IMG/VR virus record: IMGVR_UViG_3300027621_000003
Location: 230,915 to 294,914 of that record
Strand: one strand, 5' to 3'
DNA length: 64,000 nt
This document shows positions 54,311 through 62,035 of the stretch, piece by piece (the stretch's first letter is position 1; every line of letters starts with the position of its first letter). The translations under genes were made by a program, and so were the position numbers. The notes under the pieces were generated by a model. That model was given only the letters and a program-made list of their open reading frames with translations. It was not told the DNA's origin and searched no databases.

Positions 54311-55537
54311 TAGTTCTTTTGATTGTAGGATGTTATCCTCAATAGAACAATAAGTCCAAGAACCATATCTACCAATAGAAAATAACCCATTAGGGTTATT
54401 TTTTTTGCCCCAACTACTATAAACTTCTTTTGATTCTTTGGTAATATGAACATAGGCAGGATTCATAACAATCATTTGGTGGTCTACTAAATTATGGTCA
54501 TTTATAACCCCCACCCTTGATAAATCTTCTAATATCTTATTCAACAAATCCTCCTCAATAACTCTGTCAGTTTTATCCAAACCAATCTCAACGTACAAAC
54601 TCATTTTATCTGTACCGAAGATATTGTTATAGAATCCAACTCTATAGAATATTTCATCATTAGGATAATACACCCAATTTGAACTGATGTCAGTTGGTTT
54701 ATCAAACCCTAAGTTAAATACAACTACTTTGTTTGATGAAAGGTTATCAACCTTCTCACCTGTAAGTTTCATAAAGGTATCAAACGGCATTGTATTCACC
54801 AATTTATTAAACTTGATATATCCGTTATTTGTTTGAGCAATTTTGTTTTCAAGGTCAATACTGATGATTTCAGTATCCAATAAAATATTATCTTGGTTTA
54901 CTCGTTTGAGTAATGACTTAACAAATTCAACACTACCACCTGTTGGGTATATGAATGTGTCATTATAAGATTCAGACTTGTTTTTGTTTTTGAGTTGAGT
55001 TAATAAGTCATCAAAGTTTGTGGGTTTTGGAAAGAACCTTCCCATTGCATCATAATCCAAATTATTCAAATCACAAGCATATAACTTTTGATTATAAGGT
55101 ATGATGAACTTATTACAAATTGACTCTCCTAGCGTGTTTTTAACAAAGTCTGTGAATGTATTAACCTCACCATTTCCAGTGTTCCTCAGGTCATATAAAC
55201 ACTCAACAAACTCATCTGTTGGTAATTGGTCTATGTTGTTTTGAAATGGAAAATCTATGTATCGGTCTTTATAATATATGTGACTTCTTTTATTAACTGT
55301 AACCACGTCACACTCAATATTCTCTAATACATAATCTTTAATTTCTTGATTGTTAAAGTGAAAGAAGTGACCAGAATAATCCCATACAAAACCATTTCTA
55401 ATTGTTGTTTTGCAATATCCCCCAACCTCAAAATCCTTTTCAACAATTAAATAATTATCCGTATCCAAAAAGGATGCTAATGAAAGTCCTGTTATACCAG
55501 CACCAATAATTAATATGTCACAATTTGTTTGATTCAT
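54293..55537 (-). CDS. FAD-dependent UDP-galactopyranose mutase-like enzyme
   Basis: GAGITG, DYSGHFF, FPFQNNI..LP, FIIPYNQKL, YPTGG, GRYGSWTY follow UGM-family motif order. Confidence 0.7.
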   Translation of the reverse strand: MNQTNCDILIIGAGITGLSLASFLDTDNYLIVEKDFEVGGYCKTTIRNGFVWDYSGHFFHFNNQEIKDYVLENIECDVVTVNKRSHIYYKDRYIDFPFQNNIDQLPTDEFVECLYDLRNTGNGEVNTFTDFVKNTLGESICNKFIIPYNQKLYACDLNNLDYDAMGRFFPKPTNFDDLLTQLKNKNKSESYNDTFIYPTGGSVEFVKSLLKRVNQDNILLDTEIISIDLENKIAQTNNGYIKFNKLVNTMPFDTFMKLTGEKVDNLSSNKVVVFNLGFDKPTDISSNWVYYPNDEIFYRVGFYNNIFGTDKMSLYVEIGLDKTDRVIEEDLLNKILEDLSRVGVINDHNLVDHQMIVMNPAYVHITKESKEVYSSWGKKNNPNGLFSIGRYGSWTYCSIEDNILQSKELSVRLV

Positions 55538-56088
55538 TAATCTTTATAATATGTCCCAAGTTCTCTACCGTGAATATCTTTTGTTCTTTCAAATCTTGGA
55601 TTACCAATTAAGAACATAAATCTCTCATGACTAAAAGTTTCAACATCATGAACAATTAACATTCCGTTATCTTTAACTTTATAGAACCAAAATGCAACCA
55701 ATTCAGGAATTACCTCTTCAAAGTGATATGAGTCGTGGAATACAACATCATATTTTGTTTCATTGTTTAATGCGTAAAGTCCTTCTTGGACAATCCAATT
55801 AACATTAAAATCTTTACACAAAGTTTCTCGTTTATCTTTAAACCCTTTGTGTCCGTCATTATCATATGATGTAACATCAAGTCCTGCCAAACATAATGAA
55901 AATGTTCCATGTCCACCCAAACTACCAACCTCACATGCTGTTCCACCTTTATATATTTTTGACTTCAAATAAATCTCTTTAATGTGAGAAACATCTGTTG
56001 TATTAACAACCGAATAATCAAGTTGTTCTATCTTTAGTAGATTCATCGCATCTTGTGCGGTTAAAAAATCATTTCCGTTAAAACTCAT
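55537..56088 (-). CDS. Class I SAM-dependent methyltransferase
   Basis: EVGSLGG, YDVVFHDSYH, GMLIVHD. Confidence 0.75.
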   Translation of the reverse strand: MSFNGNDFLTAQDAMNLLKIEQLDYSVVNTTDVSHIKEIYLKSKIYKGGTACEVGSLGGHGTFSLCLAGLDVTSYDNDGHKGFKDKRETLCKDFNVNWIVQEGLYALNNETKYDVVFHDSYHFEEVIPELVAFWFYKVKDNGMLIVHDVETFSHERFMFLIGNPRFERTKDIHGRELGTYYKD

Positions 56089-56158
56089 AACATAATAATA
56101 TACAATATTTAAAAATAACAAATAGACATTTTTTTGTTTTAAACTAACATTAATAATA

Positions 56159-56776
56159 ATGAGTATCTACATCATAACCCCCTGTAGTAGGGTTGAACAT
56201 CTTGAAACAATTTCTAAAACAATACCTAATGAATGTATTTGGGTTATTGTTTATGACTCAAACCATAATGACAAAATCCTACCTTATGGTGATATAATTT
56301 TAAGACCAAAAAATGTAAGTGGTAATTATGGTAAGCCTCATATAAATTATGCTTTGGATAATTTAAAATTGACATATTCAGATTGGGTCTATGTCTTAGA
56401 TGATGATAATATTATTCACCCTGAATGGTATGAAAATGTACAATCATTGTGTAATGATTATTATAATGTTTTAAGTTGGGGTCAGTTGTGGAATGATGAC
56501 ACAATGAGATTAAGACCCACTAAACATATGGTGTTCAGAGCTATGGACCAAGCAAGTTATATGTGGAGATATGGATTTCACCCAACCGTTAGATTTGATG
56601 AATCATATTTTGGTGATGGTACGTTTGCAGAAAAATTAGGACAAAACTCCCATTGTATTAACAAGTATCTTAGTTATTACAATTATCTATCTTTGGAATC
56701 TTTCACAAATGAAGAAAAATTAGAATTTGATAGGGGAGTTTTATCTTACTTATCAAGTAAAAACATTTTTATTTAG
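56159..56776 (+). CDS. GT2-like glycosyltransferase
   Basis: IITPCSR, YVLDDDN, 'GDGTFA'. Confidence 0.75.
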   Translation: MSIYIITPCSRVEHLETISKTIPNECIWVIVYDSNHNDKILPYGDIILRPKNVSGNYGKPHINYALDNLKLTYSDWVYVLDDDNIIHPEWYENVQSLCNDYYNVLSWGQLWNDDTMRLRPTKHMVFRAMDQASYMWRYGFHPTVRFDESYFGDGTFAEKLGQNSHCINKYLSYYNYLSLESFTNEEKLEFDRGVLSYLSSKNIFI

Positions 56777-58635
56777 TCGTGTTTAATCCCTAAATTATCT
56801 TGGAAATGTTTTTGATTAGTCAACAATCTTTCTTTTTGACTTTCAAATCTAAAATCATTTAATATTTGCAACAAATATTGATAACCTTCTTCAAATCTTT
56901 TTGTCCAAAAACAAGATACTGATAACTCATCATTATTATAATCTCCATACATATTTTCTTGGATGAATAAAATGTATTTTTCTTTTACATTATTAATGTT
57001 TTTGGATTTTGCGGTTTTTAAATACGAATACCCCTTTTCAAACTCACCGATTAAATTACAATATTTTCCAATATGAAAATGTGGTTCCGCTCTATCATTA
57101 CATAACTTTATTGCCACTAACATTTCAGTTTCAATTTTACTTAAATCATAATTAAGTTTCATCATACAAAGAGCAATCCTCATTTGTGATTCAAAAATCT
57201 CTTCAATCCACCCATCATTTAATTTTGTATATAATCGGTACCATTTAATTGCCTCGTCATACATTTCAGAATCTTGATAACTTTGAGCTGTGTAAAAAAC
57301 TGACCTACTATTTAAATTATCTGGGTCCGATAATAAAGTATCAAAAAATTGTTTTTTTAATTTTTCAGCATCATATAAGAATTTATTTGGGTCAAAAGCT
57401 CTTGAACCAATACCTTCTCCTGATACATAATGATTTCTATTTGTAATATCTTTTGTGATAAAAATTCCTTTTTCTTCACATTTAATAGTTGTATGTGCAA
57501 CACCACAAAATCTCCATGTTAATCTGTTATTAAAAATTATTAGAGCTTTCCATTTTATATCACCACGAGTTACGTTCATATAATAAGCATCTTGACCAAT
57601 GTCATCTTTGGTAAACTCTAAACCATTAACCAATAAATCATCAGCATCCAAATGTAAAACATAATCAGCTTTATCTTTAGCCCGTTTCATCATTAAAGTT
57701 TTATTGTGGTCAAATCCAACCCACTTATCAATGTGTAATTCACCAGGTATTCCTTTTTCTTCAAAGAAATTTTTGACAATCTCACACGTCCTATCAGTTG
57801 AGCCTGTATCACACACAACCCAATAGTCAATATGTTTATAAACAGATTCTAATGTGTTCTGAATACAATGTTCTTCATTTTTACACATAGTTGCAAAACA
57901 CATGGTTGGTCCATCTTTTTTGATTTCAACAGGTTCGTTTTTCCAAACTGCGGATGTAACACTATTTTCTTCAGTATCAGGATTTTCTTTAGTATAGTAA
58001 TATAATGCCAATGAAATCCTTGACATACCATTAGGTGTATTCAAGGGATGTGGATGACCGTGATATGTGTCAGCTTCAGTATTGAAAATAACTACACGGT
58101 TAAATAAGGGTTGAATATCTTGAACCATTGTTGTCATATCTTTATCCCATAATTGTAATGAACCACCCCATTCTTTATTCCAATCTTTATTAAGATATAC
58201 TAATAGATTTATTCTTCTGTAATTATTAGTTACCGCATGTTTTCTTGAGTCGGCATGAATTGATAATTTACCACCTGATTCAATCTTATGCATCCCACCA
58301 CCTAATAATGTTGGGTCGGCAATTAAACCTTCAATCCCTGTTAATTTTTCTAACATACTAATAACATCAGGTGAATTAAAATAATTCAATATTAATTTGG
58401 TGTTAATTGGTAATGTTGTATCCCCATCATTGTTCCAAGGCGAAAAGAATTTTTTAACTTGATGGTCTTTTGAATAATCACTATTATCCCAACCCCAATT
58501 ATTGTGGTTTCTAAAATCATCAATAACACCATTCAACAATGATGGTGGTAAAAAATTATCAACAACCATGTGTGGAAATGGTTGTGCTTGTCTATACTCG
58601 TTAATTTCTTTTTCGGTTACTGTAAAATTTATCAT
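56773..58635 (-). CDS. Fusion: 2OG-Fe(II) oxygenase + GT2 glycosyltransferase + TPR
   Basis: IHAD...YHGHP...RISLALY; MCKNEEH..CDTGSTD..HLDADD; FYTAQSY..AIKWY..RAEP TPR-like helices. Confidence 0.85.
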   Translation of the reverse strand: MINFTVTEKEINEYRQAQPFPHMVVDNFLPPSLLNGVIDDFRNHNNWGWDNSDYSKDHQVKKFFSPWNNDGDTTLPINTKLILNYFNSPDVISMLEKLTGIEGLIADPTLLGGGMHKIESGGKLSIHADSRKHAVTNNYRRINLLVYLNKDWNKEWGGSLQLWDKDMTTMVQDIQPLFNRVVIFNTEADTYHGHPHPLNTPNGMSRISLALYYYTKENPDTEENSVTSAVWKNEPVEIKKDGPTMCFATMCKNEEHCIQNTLESVYKHIDYWVVCDTGSTDRTCEIVKNFFEEKGIPGELHIDKWVGFDHNKTLMMKRAKDKADYVLHLDADDLLVNGLEFTKDDIGQDAYYMNVTRGDIKWKALIIFNNRLTWRFCGVAHTTIKCEEKGIFITKDITNRNHYVSGEGIGSRAFDPNKFLYDAEKLKKQFFDTLLSDPDNLNSRSVFYTAQSYQDSEMYDEAIKWYRLYTKLNDGWIEEIFESQMRIALCMMKLNYDLSKIETEMLVAIKLCNDRAEPHFHIGKYCNLIGEFEKGYSYLKTAKSKNINNVKEKYILFIQENMYGDYNNDELSVSCFWTKRFEEGYQYLLQILNDFRFESQKERLLTNQKHFQDNLGIKHD

Positions 58636-58640
58636 AAGTT

Positions 58641-59888
58641 TTATTTATAAATGTAGTTTAATATTTCTTCTTCACTATGAAATTTCCTAATAAAAATGTG
58701 GTTTTGAAATTTTTGTGAACAATTCTCATCTTCAACCCAATTCCAATCATGTTTACCCATTTCTATTATTTTTTCATGTATTTGTTTATCGTAATAATCT
58801 CTAATTAATCTTGCTCTTCGGTTTATATCAATTGAGTTATTATCAACAGTAGTGTTTTTATTATTATATTGTATGTATAATACTTTTTTTACATGAATTA
58901 TTTTTGTATTAAGAAATGTCCTTATAATTAATTCCAAATCATCAGCAATTGGTGTATTTTTATTATGTCCACCAATTTCAAGATATTTTTTTCTTTCCCA
59001 CATTCTTACGTGGTCAGGCATACTAATATTGAATCTAATAGTTAACGGATTTATATCAGGGTACCAATGAGCAATTAAATCTTTACCATCAACATTTGTC
59101 CAACTATGACCAGCATATCCAAAATCAAAGTAATTATCATATCTTCCATACCAATCACCTGAAACATTATTGTCATACGTTCTCATATTACCATCCTCAT
59201 ACATTTCACACACATCACTATAAAGAAATCCGGCATCAGGATATTGTAAAATTGCATCATTTGATATTTCTAAACATTGTGATGTTAAAACATCATCATG
59301 GTCTAATTCAACTAACCAATCTCCATCACATAACATAGCAACCCTATTTTTAGCCAATCCAATATTACCACCACTTAATGGATATATTCTATGTGGTTTA
59401 ACACGATAATCTTTATCTTTGAGACCCATTAAAATGTTCCAAGTATTGTCATCAGGTGAATCATCAACAATAACCCATTCCCAATCAGTAAAAGTTTGAT
59501 TTACAATACTTTCATAAGTTCTTAAAATTCTTTCACCCGTATTGTAAGTTGGTGTGAATATTGAAAATTTTGGTCTTATATTTTGACAATTAATAAAAGT
59601 TCCTTGTTTAACAACAACATTAGCCAATTCAATATCACCAATAATATTATCATAATGAATATATTTTGAATTTAATATTTTATCATTAATTGTTATTTTT
59701 TTACCAAACGAAATTATTAAATCGGGCAAGTACTTTGAATAATCTTGGATTAGATTCTCAATATTTTCCAATGAATAAATTGTAACATATTCCAATAAAT
59801 TTTCCTCACAATAAATGTGTGATTGCAATTCATTAATACCTTTTCTATCCCAATTGTATATAATTGCACTGGGTTTTTTTGTTCTCAT
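58641..59888 (-). CDS. GT2 glycosyltransferase with N-terminal extension
   Basis: FSIFTPTYN, IVDDSPD, ELDHDD, ADDLEL. Confidence 0.88.
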   Translation of the reverse strand: MRTKKPSAIIYNWDRKGINELQSHIYCEENLLEYVTIYSLENIENLIQDYSKYLPDLIISFGKKITINDKILNSKYIHYDNIIGDIELANVVVKQGTFINCQNIRPKFSIFTPTYNTGERILRTYESIVNQTFTDWEWVIVDDSPDDNTWNILMGLKDKDYRVKPHRIYPLSGGNIGLAKNRVAMLCDGDWLVELDHDDVLTSQCLEISNDAILQYPDAGFLYSDVCEMYEDGNMRTYDNNVSGDWYGRYDNYFDFGYAGHSWTNVDGKDLIAHWYPDINPLTIRFNISMPDHVRMWERKKYLEIGGHNKNTPIADDLELIIRTFLNTKIIHVKKVLYIQYNNKNTTVDNNSIDINRRARLIRDYYDKQIHEKIIEMGKHDWNWVEDENCSQKFQNHIFIRKFHSEEEILNYIYK

Positions 59889-59893
59889 AAAAA

Positions 59894-60478
59894 TTATCTT
59901 TCGGTATCAAAAAAGAATGTTTGAAATAATCTACCATCTTCTAAGTTTCTACCAAAATAATCTAATGATGTATGAAAATAATCCGCTCTATACAATACCA
60001 ATCTATTAAACTTGTTTCCCAACATATCAGTCATTTCCCATTTGGTCATGTCTTGGGAATCCAAATATAATCTATCCAACATTTCAAAATCATAACCCCC
60101 ATCACTTTTTAAAGGTGCGGTATGTATACCAGTTTCTCTATGTCTGAATAAACCTGTTCCTGAACTAATAGGTGCGTTTGGTGTTAAAAAACAAACGCCA
60201 GCCCAACTTGTTGTTTGGTCAGCATGCATCCAACTTTTGTCTCGTTGTGTTGCATATTGAAAAGCTCCATTATATTCTTCAGTTGACCATTTTGTTATTT
60301 TACCACCAGCAAAAAATACAATATCTTGTATTAGGTTAACAACACTTTCATTATAAAATGGTTTAGTCCTAAATCCAGGATAATTACCAATCACATTAAA
60401 TTCTTGTTGTAATGCAAATTCTCTCGTTTCGTGTGGGTCATTATAAAAATCATCCACAATTATTGAAGATATAACCAT
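59894..60478 (-). CDS. DUF6445-like 2OG-Fe(II) oxygenase
   Basis: IVDDFY, YPG, MHAD, WAGV, NRLVLY..YFH, RLFQ. Confidence 0.75.
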   Translation of the reverse strand: MVISSIIVDDFYNDPHETREFALQQEFNVIGNYPGFRTKPFYNESVVNLIQDIVFFAGGKITKWSTEEYNGAFQYATQRDKSWMHADQTTSWAGVCFLTPNAPISSGTGLFRHRETGIHTAPLKSDGGYDFEMLDRLYLDSQDMTKWEMTDMLGNKFNRLVLYRADYFHTSLDYFGRNLEDGRLFQTFFFDTER

Positions 60479-60479
60479 A

Positions 60480-61067
60480 TTATCTGTATTGTCCTCCTCC
60501 GACCCACAAAACTAAACTCTTTCTATTTCCACTTGTGAGTGGAACAACTCTATGTAATAAAAATGATGGGAATACCACAACATTACCTTTTCCTCTTGGA
60601 ATTTTAGTGTGGTCACTTCCAACCATAATTTCCAAATCTCCGCCAACATATTCTTCAGGGTCAGATAATTGGATAGTAATAGATATTTTTCTATGCGAAA
60701 TTTTACCAGGTCCAATATCCAAATGCCAATCATAATGACCACCATTACCTTCGTATTCAGTATATTGAATATTATCAATAATGGAGTTTAAATCAAATTT
60801 CCAAATAGTATTATTTGCCTCAATAACATGAGTCATTATTCGGTCAATAACCCATTCCCATTTAGAATCAAAAGGTAACCATTTAATGTTACTTTTTCTA
60901 AATTTATCAGTATTATCTTCATCAACTACAAGTGCTTTAACAAATGGGTATTCTTTTGCATCTTCAACAATTTTGTCAATTTCGGCTGAAGTAAATCCGG
61001 CATTAAACCAATAATAATTTGTTTGGTTAATGTCTTCTGATGGTAGGAAAATTGGTTTGAGTTCCAT
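60480..61067 (-). CDS. PKHD-type (prolyl-hydroxylase-like) 2OG-Fe(II) oxygenase
   Basis: YDWHLD, RKISITIQL, GGDL, FPSFLLHRV, RKSLVLW. Confidence 0.9.
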   Translation of the reverse strand: MELKPIFLPSEDINQTNYYWFNAGFTSAEIDKIVEDAKEYPFVKALVVDEDNTDKFRKSNIKWLPFDSKWEWVIDRIMTHVIEANNTIWKFDLNSIIDNIQYTEYEGNGGHYDWHLDIGPGKISHRKISITIQLSDPEEYVGGDLEIMVGSDHTKIPRGKGNVVVFPSFLLHRVVPLTSGNRKSLVLWVGGGQYR

Positions 61068-61091
61068 TTTTTTATATTAATTTGTTAATAA

Positions 61092-61099
61092 CAAATATA
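61092..61099 (-). promoter_or_regulatory. Bacteroidota-type -7 promoter element (TATATTTG)
   Basis: TAnnTTTG upstream of ATG 61067, heading the hydroxylase/GT2 genes. Confidence 0.6.
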
Positions 61100-61127
61100 A
61101 TAACTTATTTAAAAAAACCAAGTTAAC

Positions 61128-61346
61128 TTACGGATTACCTACTCTATCTTGAAAATATTGTTGTAAAAATGTCTGTGAGTAAGAACTTATTTTTTTTAGA
61201 AAAGGATATTCATTAGGATTTATTGGGTTATTTTTTTTCCATGCTATACCTACCTCAATAGCCTTATCAAAAATTTCTTTTTCTAACTCTTCATTTGGGG
61301 GATATCCCAAAAAAATATGTGTCGGTATCCAATCTGTTATTATCAT
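61128..61346 (-). CDS. Small hypothetical protein
   Basis: 72-aa ORF after structural genes. Confidence 0.55.
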   Translation of the reverse strand: MIITDWIPTHIFLGYPPNEELEKEIFDKAIEVGIAWKKNNPINPNEYPFLKKISSYSQTFLQQYFQDRVGNP

Positions 61347-61348
61347 AA

Positions 61349-62035
61349 TTAGTTAACTGTTACTGCAAAATATAATCCTGTAAATCCTAAATAGGCGGCA
61401 ACATCTTCTGTTCCAGAACCAGTTGAGGTAAATGTAGTTCCTCCAGGACCTGCATTTACTGTACCACTACTAACTTTAGCATTTCCATTTATACTGATGT
61501 TACAAGTACCACCAGCAAATGTCGGAGATAACCCATTAATTATAACTTTCCAATATCCTCTAAAAATAATAGGGTCATTAGTTGTACTAGCTTGAAGGGC
61601 GCCAGTGCTGCCAGGGGCATTAACAACTCCAGTATTTGCTTGAAGATACATATACGTAATAGAATCGTCATATAATTCAACAGTAACATCAATTTCATTA
61701 TCTACGGGAAATGGTGGTGGGGGGGTAGATACTAAATTATTAACTACATCTAATGTTACTTGATAAGTAGAGTTATCATAAAAATATGTTACTCCTTTTA
61801 AATCGTCCATATCATCAGGGTTGCCAACCGCATTTGTCTCATAAATTCTATTTAAACCCGAATTTTCACCTTTTCCATACGCATTATACGAAATTGAGTT
61901 GCTTCCATTGGGTCCCGCAAAATAAGAATAAAAACTAATATCATTTAAACTAACAACTCCACTACCGGGGTATCCTCCGTTAGCTTCACCATATATATTA
62001 TTTGCTAATGCAATATTTGTTGTTGGAATTGCCAT
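61349..62035 (-). CDS. Probable virion/fibre-associated beta-rich protein
   Basis: 228 aa, G/N/T-rich, TAATG-coupled to the fibre gene. Confidence 0.55.
   Translation of the reverse strand: MAIPTTNIALANNIYGEANGGYPGSGVVSLNDISFYSYFAGPNGSNSISYNAYGKGENSGLNRIYETNAVGNPDDMDDLKGVTYFYDNSTYQVTLDVVNNLVSTPPPPFPVDNEIDVTVELYDDSITYMYLQANTGVVNAPGSTGALQASTTNDPIIFRGYWKVIINGLSPTFAGGTCNISINGNAKVSSGTVNAGPGGTTFTSTGSGTEDVAAYLGFTGLYFAVTVN

Noticed and set aside
56773-61067. Oxygenase plus glycosyltransferase as a DNA base hypermodification system (TET/JBP-like)
   Set aside because: Motifs are of the prolyl-hydroxylase/PKHD type, TPRs imply a protein substrate, and no nucleotide-modification genes are adjacent. Not formally excluded.
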